In this document: positions 34,628 through 44,116 of the stretch, piece after piece
Layout of the letters: every line of letters begins with the position of its first letter
How positions within the stretch are numbered: the stretch's first letter is position 1
IMG/VR virus record: IMGVR_UViG_3300041411_000178
Span: 160,005 to 224,004 of that record
Reading direction: 5' to 3' (one strand)
Length of the DNA: 64,000 nt
Position numbers and translations under genes: made by a program
The notes under the pieces: model-generated
The model's input: only the letters and a program-made list of their open reading frames with translations
What the model was told of the DNA's origin: nothing
The model's database searches: none

Positions 34628-37600
34628 TTAAGGTACTACCGCACCCGAAGCGCCAACCCACTCAACACCGTCCCAGAAGAACGTGAGGATGGTACGGCTA
34701 CCGGTCAGGCTTGGAGGAGCACCTGTGTTCCAGACCAGCACAGTAGCGCCAGTTGGAGCAAAGGTGATTGCCCCGGCAGCACCGTTGACTTTCACCACCA
34801 GGGTTTGAGCCCGAGCCGGAGCTTTAGGACCATCACCGAGGGTAATCGTCTTGGCGGTTGCACCAGTGTTGTTGACAATCAATGTACCAGTGGTCAGTGG
34901 ATCTACCGAGCCCGTAGCTGCGAGTGTCTGAATCGACAGATCGTAGCGGTTGAACTCGATCCACTGCGTGCCTTTGTAAACGTACGTTTTACCGTCGTTC
35001 GCAGGACCCGAGATGCCAGGAGTAGGTGCGGTGTAAACCACCCACGTCTTGTCACCTTTACGCAGGTACAGGTTGGTGTCCGCTGGGACATCAGCAAAAC
35101 CAGGTACGAATGCAGTGATCTGCGCCTGGATCTTGCCGAAGGCCGTGAGGACCGTGTCAGCAGCAGTGATAGCACCACCGGTGGCAAAGCTGATACCCGC
35201 CAGCGGAGTAGACCGTGTACGAGCCGGAGTGTAGTAGAGGTTGGTAGTCCCTTCCACCACCGCATCGGTAGTACCCGGGGAGGCTACCAGACCAACGTAA
35301 ACAGTACCCGACCAGCGGAACTGAGCATTGGTTGCGAGGGAGATGTAGATCTTCCCTGCTTCACCAGTTGCTGGGAAAGCCGCTTGGTTAGCAAACTCCA
35401 CCACGTCATCAACGTAGCTCGGCAGTTGACCTGCCGGAACGGTACCGTTAACCAGCGTTGCAACCGTCTGGCCCAGTGCTGCGAGAGGAACACCACCCAG
35501 GCTACCGATCGTAGGGGCATTGTACGCACCCCAGGAACCGACGTCCTGACCGTTGAGACGCACACGCATGTACGGCTGGTTGTCAGCAGGTGGTTCGTCG
35601 AACTGAGGAGGAAACTCCAGCTCTACCCACTCGCCTTCGTTGGTTTCGCTACCTTCAACCAGTTGGCGAACGTAAACCTTACCAGCAATCATGGCAGGGG
35701 CTTCATCAACCGGCAGCATGACCCACTCGTTGCCGAGACGGACTACTTTACCAGCAGACAGTTCTGGCGAGTTAACATCACCCGCAACCAGTTGACCCCA
35801 GTACACCCAACCCGACACAGCCGACTTGTAGTAAACCTTGAAGCTGTCGGAAACAGCCCAGTCACCCACGTTACCGGTAAAGCCAGCGCTTGGAGCATCC
35901 ACACCAGCAGGCAGAGTAATCCAGGACGAACCTTTCTCACCCTTGTCACCTTTCTTGCCGATACCGACAGGACCAGGAACACCCTGGATACCCTGAGGAC
36001 CGCGAACCAGACCGATGTCGATCCACTCACCGCCGTTAGCGGTAGTCCAGATGGCCAGGTTGTTACCAACCAGATAACCATCACCCAGCGAACCGGTAGG
36101 GACCGCAGTTTCCAGCGCAGCCAGCGTTGGGTAAGCACCCAGGATGTTGATCGAGGTACCTGCTTCACCCTTCTCACCATCGTTACCCTGAGGACCAGGC
36201 AGACCCGTGATGTCGTACGGACCATCCCACTCACCATCGGTCAAGACATACAGCATCTTGTCGTTGGAAGTGAACCAGCCGTCGCCTTCTTCAGAGTTAG
36301 CCGGCAGAGGCAGATAGGTAGGGCCTGCAACAGTACCACGCAGCTTCAGACCGATACCTTGGATACCACGCTCACCAGGAGCGCCCACTGGACCGCAATC
36401 GACCCACACGCCGCCCAGAGAGATCTGGAGGTGCTTGTCCAGGTCAACGTAGGCTTTACCGCCGTTGAGGAGTGGATCAGGTACGTTGGCATCTTCAGCG
36501 GTCAGGATCTTGATGATCGTGATCGAGGAACCGTTGGCGCCCGGAGCACCGTCGCTACCGTCTTCACCTTTGAACTGACCCAGATTCACCCATGCAGCAC
36601 CGATGTGGGCATACAGAGTGTTGGTATCACGGACAGCGTAGACGTCCTGTTCTTCCGGAGAGGCCGGCAGGGAGCCGTAAGTGGATACCGAACCCTTGAT
36701 GATGATGTTGGTACCGTTAGTACCGTTGGTACCTACCAGGCTGGAAAGGAACTCGAGTTCCGAACCACTGTGGCCGTTATCCAGCCAGAGCTGGTAAGTC
36801 GATTGACCACGGAAAGGACCCACGTCCACCCAAACAGCATCAGTGAGGATGTGCAGGTGACCGTCGTCAGCAGTGACGTAACCGTCTTGCTCTTCTGGGT
36901 TTTGGATATTGCCCAGTTGAGGAGCGTTAGCCACGGTGCCTTTAACGGTGAGGTTCTTACCACGAGGACCTTCAGGACCTGGCACAGTGGACTTCAACGA
37001 AAGCAACCACTGTTGCAGGGTGCCGCCGTAGCCGTCTTCAACAGCCAGATCGTAAGCCGACAGACCACCTACCGAGCCGAGGTCAACGTATTGCTCAGCG
37101 TCAGTCACCCAAACGTACAGGTGGCTACCGACGTACCAGGCTTCAGTTGCAACACCTGGGGTTGGCAGCAGCGCTTCGGTATCTTTGGCACCCATCACTT
37201 CGAAAGGCGAACGAGGAGGACCTTCAGGACCTGGGTCACCAGGAGTGGTCGACTTCAGGGAAGCAACGAACTCGGCTTCAGTACCGGTGTTACCGATGTT
37301 CAGCCAGGATTGATAAGCGGACTTACCTACCAGGCTGGCCAGCCATTGTGCCTGAGTACCCGCGAAGCCGTCAGCCTGAGCAACCTGGAACGCCGACTTA
37401 CCTTCTGGACCTTCCAGACCAATCGAACTCCAGACTGGATCAGCATCAGGATCGCTACCGTCACCACCCGGTACCAGCAACCAAAGGTCGCTCTTCCAGA
37501 TATACGCGTCACCGATCGATACAGCGTTAACCGGAGGAAGTGCTTGTGCATCGGGCCAGGTACCCAAAAGGGTCACACCGCGGTCGCCCAACAGGGAACC

Positions 37601-38377
37601 CGAGTCGGACCAATCCACACCGTTCCAGACACGCAGGGAGCCGGTCACGAAGTAAGCGGTACCTTCAGCCAGGCCTTCGGTAGGAATAGCGTCCAGTTCG
37701 GCTTGGCTGTTCAGCGTACCGATAACCTTAACCGAACCCACAGAACCGGCAGCGCCTTTAAGGCTCAGCAGGAAGTCCGCCTCGGTACCGGTGTTACCCT
37801 GATCCAACCAGATCTGGTAAGTGCTCTTGCCGACCAGGCTGGTCAGCCACTGGGATTGGTTACCCTGGAAACCACCGTCTTGAGCGATTTCGAAAGCCGA
37901 CTTGCCCGCATCGCCTTTCAGGCCGATGGTGACCCAGCCGTCAGGCTGAGGGATGAGCAGCCAGATGTCGCTCTTCCAGATGTAGGCATCACCCACTTCA
38001 TTCAGCGTGTGATCCGGGAGCGGCTGGTTATCGGGCCAGGTGCCGAGCAGGGTAATACCCCGTGGACCCAGCAGTAGACCAGAGCTGATCCATTCGGTCA
38101 GGTTCCAGACAACCAGCGAACCTTCAACGAAGTAGGCGTCGCCTTTGGCGAGGTCTTCAGTTGGCAGTGCGTCCAGATCGGTCTGGGAAATGTTGCCGAT
38201 CACATTCAGACCGCCAACTACCAGAGCCTGGAATTGATCGAGCAGATAACGGGTACGGTTCGCCAGCAGAATTGCTGCACGGTTATCCGGACCATCCGGA
38301 CCACCACGGACCGGTTCCCCTGTTTCAATAAGGGGGATGTCTTCGGGAAATTCACTTACTTCTTCAATGTTAGCCAT
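34628..38377 (-). CDS. long tail fibre protein with collagen-like G-X-Y stretches (1249 aa)
   Basis: N-terminal ETGEPVRGGPDG...LANRTRYL attachment-type motif; many GPxGxxG runs; repeated GKSAYQxWL and LP...GDAY...W modules; PxDxxxYxR motifs near the C-terminus. Confidence 0.88.
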   Translation of the reverse strand: MANIEEVSEFPEDIPLIETGEPVRGGPDGPDNRAAILLANRTRYLLDQFQALVVGGLNVIGNISQTDLDALPTEDLAKGDAYFVEGSLVVWNLTEWISSGLLLGPRGITLLGTWPDNQPLPDHTLNEVGDAYIWKSDIWLLIPQPDGWVTIGLKGDAGKSAFEIAQDGGFQGNQSQWLTSLVGKSTYQIWLDQGNTGTEADFLLSLKGAAGSVGSVKVIGTLNSQAELDAIPTEGLAEGTAYFVTGSLRVWNGVDWSDSGSLLGDRGVTLLGTWPDAQALPPVNAVSIGDAYIWKSDLWLLVPGGDGSDPDADPVWSSIGLEGPEGKSAFQVAQADGFAGTQAQWLASLVGKSAYQSWLNIGNTGTEAEFVASLKSTTPGDPGPEGPPRSPFEVMGAKDTEALLPTPGVATEAWYVGSHLYVWVTDAEQYVDLGSVGGLSAYDLAVEDGYGGTLQQWLLSLKSTVPGPEGPRGKNLTVKGTVANAPQLGNIQNPEEQDGYVTADDGHLHILTDAVWVDVGPFRGQSTYQLWLDNGHSGSELEFLSSLVGTNGTNGTNIIIKGSVSTYGSLPASPEEQDVYAVRDTNTLYAHIGAAWVNLGQFKGEDGSDGAPGANGSSITIIKILTAEDANVPDPLLNGGKAYVDLDKHLQISLGGVWVDCGPVGAPGERGIQGIGLKLRGTVAGPTYLPLPANSEEGDGWFTSNDKMLYVLTDGEWDGPYDITGLPGPQGNDGEKGEAGTSINILGAYPTLAALETAVPTGSLGDGYLVGNNLAIWTTANGGEWIDIGLVRGPQGIQGVPGPVGIGKKGDKGEKGSSWITLPAGVDAPSAGFTGNVGDWAVSDSFKVYYKSAVSGWVYWGQLVAGDVNSPELSAGKVVRLGNEWVMLPVDEAPAMIAGKVYVRQLVEGSETNEGEWVELEFPPQFDEPPADNQPYMRVRLNGQDVGSWGAYNAPTIGSLGGVPLAALGQTVATLVNGTVPAGQLPSYVDDVVEFANQAAFPATGEAGKIYISLATNAQFRWSGTVYVGLVASPGTTDAVVEGTTNLYYTPARTRSTPLAGISFATGGAITAADTVLTAFGKIQAQITAFVPGFADVPADTNLYLRKGDKTWVVYTAPTPGISGPANDGKTYVYKGTQWIEFNRYDLSIQTLAATGSVDPLTTGTLIVNNTGATAKTITLGDGPKAPARAQTLVVKVNGAAGAITFAPTGATVLVWNTGAPPSLTGSRTILTFFWDGVEWVGASGAVVP

Positions 38378-38416
38378 GACTCGTCCCTTCAGGAAATGAG
38401 TTTAAAATAGTGGTCC

Positions 38417-39004
38417 TTACTGGTAGGTAAGAGTCCCATCGTGCAGATACGTGCCGTCGTGGATAGCGTCGGTGATAACACCACCGTTGCTTTCAACAAT
38501 CGTCAGCGTACCTACAACGGTGTGTGAATCGATGGTGGCCAAGGTCACCTGTTGGTCAATCGTGATTTCTTCATCAACCAGCACGTACTTGCAGCTGTTC
38601 TTGATGATTTGCAACACTGTTTCGGCGTTTTTGGAACCCTTACTCACCAAAACTGCCCCCGACACACTATCACCCTCTCCTGACAGAAGGTAAATGCCCT
38701 GTACCGTTTTTGCCTGAAGATCAGCAAGGGCCAGCGGGGTGGGTTCAATGAGGTTGGCCGGTCCGTTGGCAGTGTAGTCGGCCGGCTGATACTTCTGGTC
38801 GACTCCCGTGAAAAGGGCTGGTGAATCAACATCGACCAGGTAGGTGATGACGCCCGCATTGTCCGCTTTGCGGAAATTCGAGAAAGTGACTTGGCCGAGG
38901 GTCAGGGCGGTGAGTGCATTTACGAAGGTCGGTTCATCCTTATAGCGGTCTTGGTTATAAGCGATAAACCTGTCCAAAAACAGTTGTTCGTTTGGAGAGG
39001 CCAT
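38417..39004 (-). CDS. virion structural protein heading the tail-fibre operon
   Basis: ATG 39004 (MASPNEQ); paralogue of 19352-19948; C-terminal HDGTYLHDGTLTYQ. Confidence 0.75.
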   Translation of the reverse strand: MASPNEQLFLDRFIAYNQDRYKDEPTFVNALTALTLGQVTFSNFRKADNAGVITYLVDVDSPALFTGVDQKYQPADYTANGPANLIEPTPLALADLQAKTVQGIYLLSGEGDSVSGAVLVSKGSKNAETVLQIIKNSCKYVLVDEEITIDQQVTLATIDSHTVVGTLTIVESNGGVITDAIHDGTYLHDGTLTYQ

Positions 39005-39087
39005 ATTTAGTTCCACAGTAGGGTCAGGGGGCTTGGAGCATAAAATTGCAAAATAAGATAGTCAGTGTGATTTCATTTATAATAAAA

Positions 39088-39103
39088 CTCAAACCTACAT
39101 TAT
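39088..39103 (+). promoter_or_regulatory. putative early promoter motif
   Basis: CTCAAACCTACATTAT in an AT-rich divergent intergenic region. Confidence 0.65.
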
Positions 39104-39147
39104 TTATCCGGAACTCCATTTCTTTTCAAACTTTTGCAGGGGCGTTT

Positions 39148-39261
39148 ATGCGCAGCAGACCTGTTAACAAGCAAGCCTTGATTATCCTGTTGATTCAAGT
39201 GCTTGGGCCCTTTGTTGCTATCGGGATTGTACTCCTGATCAAACCTTTTATTAATTCGTAA
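39148..39261 (+). CDS. small membrane peptide (37 aa)
   Basis: AGGGG RBS; MRSRPVNKQALIILLIQVLGPFVAIGIVLLIKPFINS. Confidence 0.55.
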   Translation: MRSRPVNKQALIILLIQVLGPFVAIGIVLLIKPFINS

Positions 39262-39278
39262 CGGATAAGGAATTTATC

Positions 39279-39710
39279 ATGAACGACAAACAGAAAGCCA
39301 AGGTCGTCATTCGTCCTAATGAAGACGGCATCGACGTCAACTATGGTCCTTTGGTTGCTGGTAACTTGGACGGTATTCCGTTCGTTGCTGAGGACTGGTA
39401 CTTGGACATGCTCAAGCTGCCGTACGTGATCATGGACAAGATCCCTGAATTCCTCATGGATTTCAAGTTGGATGTGGAACTCAGTGTGGAGAGTGGTCGC
39501 AAGATCATCGTTCATATCCTGGACAAGGCTGACATTCGCCAACTGGCGGTGGCGTTCTCCAAGGTAGGTGGTGGTCGTTGGGTTGGCGTTCACCACAAGT
39601 GCCGTTGGTTGGAGACCTTCGAGAACGGTCATGTTGTCAACGGTCATCAGACCATTGATGAGTTCTACACGGGCATGACGGCAGAGCAGATCGAACACTC
39701 CAAGTACTGA
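39279..39710 (+). CDS. hypothetical protein, paralogue of 40369-40686
   Basis: AAGGA RBS; GPLVAGNLDGIPF versus GRLVNTNLDGISF. Confidence 0.8.
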   Translation: MNDKQKAKVVIRPNEDGIDVNYGPLVAGNLDGIPFVAEDWYLDMLKLPYVIMDKIPEFLMDFKLDVELSVESGRKIIVHILDKADIRQLAVAFSKVGGGRWVGVHHKCRWLETFENGHVVNGHQTIDEFYTGMTAEQIEHSKY

Positions 39711-39723
39711 CGGGGGTAATGCG

Positions 39724-39969
39724 ATGGGCAGTCAACTAGGTATCGGCAAACTTAACGGCGGGCTGTTCATCGCAGATCAGGATACACTGATCAGACTAAA
39801 GGTTTGCTTCAGACCTTACAAGGCCAAGTACGAGTACAAGACTTTTAATGTTCCAACTGTGTACGCGATGACTCGCGGCTGCGAAAAGCTGTTGGTTGCG
39901 CACTTTAATAAACATCACCTTGACGTACGCGTTATGCTTGAGTATAGCGCACGCAAGAGACCTCTTTAG
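39724..39969 (+). CDS. hypothetical basic protein (81 aa)
   Basis: ORF in the operon. Confidence 0.65.
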   Translation: MGSQLGIGKLNGGLFIADQDTLIRLKVCFRPYKAKYEYKTFNVPTVYAMTRGCEKLLVAHFNKHHLDVRVMLEYSARKRPL

Positions 39970-39977
39970 GAATAAAC

Positions 39978-40355
39978 ATGGCTACTAGCTTACACATCGT
40001 CCTGCTCACCAAAGAACAGTTTGCAAATCAGTACCAGCGTGAAAAGTTGGAAGATGGAGGTTCGACTGACTTCAGCAACGTTGTTCACGAAGGCTACGAA
40101 AACTTCTGGATCGGCCCGCGTCTTTGGTTCCATGAAGAGTTCATGGCCAAGCCTTTCGTTTGGGGCATGAGCAGGATCATCACCAAAGATGAGTTACTGA
40201 AGATGTTGCCCCCGGCTCGGGAGTATATTAACAGCCCCGAAGAGAGTTTTGAAGCTGATGTAGTTGCTAGCGTGCTCAGTGACTACCAGGAGTTGGAGGA
40301 TAAACTGAACGTCCTCAATGAAGAGACTCATGTTCTTATCGGGCACGCGGTTTAG
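39978..40355 (+). CDS. hypothetical protein (125 aa)
   Basis: AGGA RBS. Confidence 0.75.
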   Translation: MATSLHIVLLTKEQFANQYQREKLEDGGSTDFSNVVHEGYENFWIGPRLWFHEEFMAKPFVWGMSRIITKDELLKMLPPAREYINSPEESFEADVVASVLSDYQELEDKLNVLNEETHVLIGHAV

Positions 40356-40368
40356 TCATTAGGAGAAA

Positions 40369-40686
40369 ATGATGCCTGCTCCTAAGGAACCTAAGTCGGT
40401 CTTGTTAAAAGACACGGCTGGCGTGGAAAGAGACTGGGGACGTTTGGTTAATACCAACCTCGACGGTATCTCGTTTACGGGCGACTTTTACGACATGTCC
40501 GTGTTTGATATTGCGTACAAAGTAACAGTCGTCAAACCATTTTTAATCAATAAGGCAATCAGGGTCTTCTGCCCACTGAGGCATTACACAGGTGTTTTCT
40601 ATGTTTTCGAGGATCGGGACGTAGAAGAAGTTGTGGGGTTCTTCAAGGCAAAGGGCGATTACATTGTTGACGTCGTGGAGTTATAG
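40369..40686 (+). CDS. hypothetical protein, paralogue of 39279-39710
   Basis: AGGAG RBS; shared NLDGIxF block. Confidence 0.75.
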   Translation: MMPAPKEPKSVLLKDTAGVERDWGRLVNTNLDGISFTGDFYDMSVFDIAYKVTVVKPFLINKAIRVFCPLRHYTGVFYVFEDRDVEEVVGFFKAKGDYIVDVVEL

Positions 40687-40689
40687 TTC

Positions 40690-40932
40690 ATGGGCGAAGT
40701 AATTAACATGTCGTTGTGGAAACACCGTCGTGCCGGCATACGACCTACCAGGATCTACACGGTTGGCAACACTGCAAAGACATTGGTTGTTGCGACGCTC
40801 GAGTCGCAACTTAAAACACAGCGGTCTATTTTGAATACTAGCGGTAGCGTTTACGAGCGTGAAACCGCCGCAATCAAAATAGGCGAGTTGCAAATAAAAC
40901 TCCGGAGCATCAAGGAGAAAGGCAATGGGTGA
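40690..40932 (+). CDS. hypothetical protein (80 aa), coiled-coil-like C-terminus
   Basis: GGAG RBS; begins MGEVINM. Confidence 0.7.
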   Translation: MGEVINMSLWKHRRAGIRPTRIYTVGNTAKTLVVATLESQLKTQRSILNTSGSVYERETAAIKIGELQIKLRSIKEKGNG

Positions 40933-41350
40933 AGTAGTCAGTCTCGGCGAGCACAGGGCTCGTAAGTTGGGGTTCCCTGATCACGTTGCCACGGGAAGTT
41001 ACACCGACGCCAAGGGTAACAAGTGCGTGCGTCTGGAACCCAAGGCCGGTTCTAACGCCAAACCTGTCCAAGCGGTTACGTATGCTGCCCGGGTTAAAGA
41101 AGATAAAGCCTTTAAGTACGTTAAAGGCGAGACAGAACAACAGGTGCTGAAAATCCAGGAGCTCCTGCAATCGTCGATCGACATCATGTCTTACATGCCT
41201 CAGCTCAGATCTGTCACGGCGCGGGAACAAGCTGTGATTGACTCGATGAAGATCCGTGAAAAGGCTGATCAACTGGCTGCCTCTAACGGCTGGGTTATCC
41301 GTAAAGGTGATGAAGGCCAATTCATTATCAGTCCAAAGGAGAGCCTGTAA
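40925..41350 (+). CDS. hypothetical protein (141 aa)
   Basis: AAGGAG RBS; begins MGEVVSL. Confidence 0.75.
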   Translation: MGEVVSLGEHRARKLGFPDHVATGSYTDAKGNKCVRLEPKAGSNAKPVQAVTYAARVKEDKAFKYVKGETEQQVLKIQELLQSSIDIMSYMPQLRSVTAREQAVIDSMKIREKADQLAASNGWVIRKGDEGQFIISPKESL

Positions 41351-41868
41351 TGGCCAAGGCATATCGGCGACTAGCAAGACTCATCGCGGAGTTCCACCCC
41401 ATCGAGGGGATGACTCCAAAGATGATGAATGACAACATCATCCATTGGCGCGACTTCAAAGGTCAATTGGACGACAACACTTACCTGCGAGAGCAGCACG
41501 AATACTTCGGACGCATGCTCAATGGGTACTTCCATCGCCGTCGTTGTCATGAACCGGGAGTTCCCTTTAACAGGCGTGCTCCATTGGTGCAGATGCACAT
41601 GGGGTGGTCCAAAGACGATCCGTTCAAACACAACGACATTGTTCTGGGTCGTGTAGATGACGACATCACCTACTACGTTGTCTTCGAGAAAGCGGATGGG
41701 CGTGGCAAGGATCGGTTCTTTATCGGTTACCAACCAGCGCTTAGTTATTACACTCACCTTATCAGTGCTGGCACACATTCGGACGGACTCCTGAACACGC
41801 CGTATCAATGGCGGACTCTGGAAGAACTACGATCTGCGTGGGCAGGTGGAGCAAAGTATGGAAAATGA
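41350..41868 (+). CDS. hypothetical protein (172 aa)
   Basis: TAATG coupling; AAGGAG upstream. Confidence 0.75.
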   Translation: MAKAYRRLARLIAEFHPIEGMTPKMMNDNIIHWRDFKGQLDDNTYLREQHEYFGRMLNGYFHRRRCHEPGVPFNRRAPLVQMHMGWSKDDPFKHNDIVLGRVDDDITYYVVFEKADGRGKDRFFIGYQPALSYYTHLISAGTHSDGLLNTPYQWRTLEELRSAWAGGAKYGK

Positions 41869-42058
41869 TGAAGGCGAAGGACTGGGGTATCACGTCACTT
41901 GGCCTGGGCTGGCCAGCACGGTGTTGTTTCTGGTGATGTGGGTGGTCGGCTGGATACTCGCCAAAGGGTTCTGGAGCACGTTCTTCGCTGTGCTCTTCTT
42001 TCCTTGGGGCTGGTACTTGGCGATCGAGAAAATAATGATGGCATGGGGGTGGTTGTAA
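41858..42058 (+). CDS. small membrane protein
   Basis: GGAG RBS before ATG 41858; WVVGWILAKGFWSTFFAVLFFPWGWYL. Confidence 0.75.
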   Translation: MENDEGEGLGYHVTWPGLASTVLFLVMWVVGWILAKGFWSTFFAVLFFPWGWYLAIEKIMMAWGWL

Positions 42059-42723
42059 TGGCTGGTAATCTGATTCCTTCTGGTGGTCTCTTCTTTTACG
42101 TAATCGAAGTGAGCTGGAGTAACGAGAATTCGCAGTTTAACCATCTCGCTAAGACTACCCTGAAGTCCACCAACGGACCGATGAGTGTCTACGCAGTGTT
42201 CAGTGATGTTGACATGAACCCTGCGGCAAATGGTCGTTTCTTTACCAAGCAAATAGAAGCGAAGAAGTTCTTTGACGTCGTGTGTGATGATATCAAGCGG
42301 TATGGTAATCCGCTAATCAATGGCATGACCCTGGAAGAAACCCATGCATGGGCGGATGCATTAACCCCGTCGGAATATCGGCGGATAGTTAATCCAACCG
42401 ATTATGGCCAGGATGTTGTTTACCGAGAATACGCCGGCGTTCAAGTAGTAGGGGAACGTAATTCTTTCGAACTCCTCGAGCTTGACGAGGGCGAAGAAGA
42501 ACTACCTCTTTACAAAAAGAATCATGACGACTATTTTTGCATCCGGGTGGACCTCACCGAACACCAGGACGAAAATGTGCTGGCCTTCCTGTACATGAAG
42601 GAGCGGGATAGTGTTGTCCCTGTAATGGACGAGCTGCTCGATACCTTTATCAACGTTGAGGTTGTGGTAAGTAGCGTCGAAAGGCTCAAAGCTCTGATGG
42701 GCATTCCTGTAGACCAGGATTAA
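42058..42723 (+). CDS. hypothetical acidic protein (221 aa)
   Basis: Start moved to ATG 42058 (TAATG coupling). Confidence 0.75.
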   Translation: MAGNLIPSGGLFFYVIEVSWSNENSQFNHLAKTTLKSTNGPMSVYAVFSDVDMNPAANGRFFTKQIEAKKFFDVVCDDIKRYGNPLINGMTLEETHAWADALTPSEYRRIVNPTDYGQDVVYREYAGVQVVGERNSFELLELDEGEEELPLYKKNHDDYFCIRVDLTEHQDENVLAFLYMKERDSVVPVMDELLDTFINVEVVVSSVERLKALMGIPVDQD

Positions 42724-42733
42724 CACCGATACA

Positions 42734-42778
42734 CCCTCTCCTTCGGGAGAGGGATTATTTAAGATACATTCTTTTTTG
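42734..42778 (+). terminator. UUCG hairpin terminator
   Basis: CCCTCTCC-TTCG-GGAGAGGG then an AT/T-rich run. Confidence 0.65.
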
Positions 42779-42790
42779 GACCTATATTAC
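42776..42790 (+). promoter_or_regulatory. putative early promoter motif (phiKZ-like TATATTAC variant)
   Basis: TTTGGACCTATATTAC followed by CAATGTG. Confidence 0.65.
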
Positions 42791-42840
42791 CAATGTGATT
42801 AAGACAATTAAGTCTTTCACCAACGTAAAAGGATTCCGCC

Positions 42841-43212
42841 ATGTCTAATGAATTGAATACCCCTATCCGTCGTCGTGTTGTTGCAACCATGACCCGTGGT
42901 AAGTCCAAAGAAGTGATCATGGTTCGTCACTTCAGCTACTTCGATACTGCAATGCCTCGCATGTTGCAGCTGGCCATCAGCTACTGCAACGAAGGTGACT
43001 TCATCGAATTCGCCAGTACCGAGATCGGTCACCAGCTCGGCGTGCTGCACATCCGCAAAGGCGGTCGCTTTGAAATGGAGATGAGTCCTCTGGTTAAGTC
43101 CAGCCCATCCCTGCTCAAGTTGATGACCGAAGACAACAGCAAACAGAACAGTCTGGTAACGGCCGCCCTGAACAAGGCCAAGAACACTCACCATTCGCGT
43201 TCCATTCACTAA
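42841..43212 (+). CDS. hypothetical protein (123 aa)
   Basis: AAGGA RBS; first gene after the promoter motif. Confidence 0.8.
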   Translation: MSNELNTPIRRRVVATMTRGKSKEVIMVRHFSYFDTAMPRMLQLAISYCNEGDFIEFASTEIGHQLGVLHIRKGGRFEMEMSPLVKSSPSLLKLMTEDNSKQNSLVTAALNKAKNTHHSRSIH

Positions 43213-43222
43213 GGATTATTCC

Positions 43223-43828
43223 ATGCAACTGCATTCCAAAGCTCGTGCTGTAGGTGAAATCGTTTTCCCTGAATTCTCCGGGGCACACGTTTACATGGCT
43301 CGCAACCTTGTGGGTCATCCGCTGGAAGGCGTTCCTGAAGCCTATCACGGCATCGTCAGCAACATGCTCCAGCAAGCAGGTATCCCAGAACACACCGGGT
43401 TCTACGTGACCATCGATGAGCAGTTCCTGAAGGCTTCCAACAAGCTTCGCCGGGGCGGTGTGCATATCGACGGCAACTACCTGTTCAGTTGGGGCAGTAG
43501 CGGTGGTTGGTTGAACGGTACCCCTGGTCGTATGCTGACCGAGGATCAACACCGTCTGCAATACCAGTCGGAACTCGGCGGGGTTGTCATGGCAAGTAGC
43601 TTTGTTGCTTGCGAAGGTTTCCTCGGGACTGTCAACGGTGCAGCAGGACACGGGGGTGATTGTGAACACCTGCGCGATGAGCTGACCAAGCTGGAAAGTT
43701 TCTGGTTGAAAGAGAACGTGGTTTACCTCGGTAACTCCACGTTTGTTCACGAAGGCCATGTGGTCAGCAAAGACACCAATCGTCAGCTGATTCGCATTAC
43801 GCTCGACACAACGTATCAATATCAATAG
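43223..43828 (+). CDS. 2-oxoglutarate/Fe(II)-dependent oxygenase-like protein
   Basis: GVHIDG (HxD), distal FVHEG (His) and RQLIRIT (Arg on a terminal strand). Confidence 0.7.
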   Translation: MQLHSKARAVGEIVFPEFSGAHVYMARNLVGHPLEGVPEAYHGIVSNMLQQAGIPEHTGFYVTIDEQFLKASNKLRRGGVHIDGNYLFSWGSSGGWLNGTPGRMLTEDQHRLQYQSELGGVVMASSFVACEGFLGTVNGAAGHGGDCEHLRDELTKLESFWLKENVVYLGNSTFVHEGHVVSKDTNRQLIRITLDTTYQYQ

Positions 43829-43852
43829 CGTCACTTAAAAGGAGTAAGCGTC

Positions 43853-44116
43853 ATGGGTCAGGTCGTTCAATTGTTTCCTCAGAAAGCCACTTACGTCCGT
43901 GGGCTGAAAGCTATCGAGCTGGACAGAAAGCTTAAGCTGTACCGTCGGATTGAAGAAATGGAATTCACGAAGAAAGTATTTGTCGACCTGATCACCCAGC
44001 TGGAGAATCCTAAAGATTCTTTCTTGGCTCGGCAGATGGCGGCAGAAACTCAACGTGACATTGACAAAGCTGTAGCAGAGTTTACCGGTCTCTACGGTTC
44101 ACTCGATAACTGGTAA
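43853..44116 (+). CDS. hypothetical protein (87 aa)
   Basis: AAGGAG RBS; begins MGQVVQLF. Confidence 0.75.
   Translation: MGQVVQLFPQKATYVRGLKAIELDRKLKLYRRIEEMEFTKKVFVDLITQLENPKDSFLARQMAAETQRDIDKAVAEFTGLYGSLDNW

Noticed and set aside
34502-38077. 1191-aa plus-strand ORF
   Set aside because: It is exactly antisense to the tail fibre, and its sequence looks like a shadow of biased Gly/Pro codons, with no RBS or motif. The same applies to 91-1440, 8597-9499, 29021-30211, 48779-49846, 50646-51662 and the other antisense ORFs in the track.
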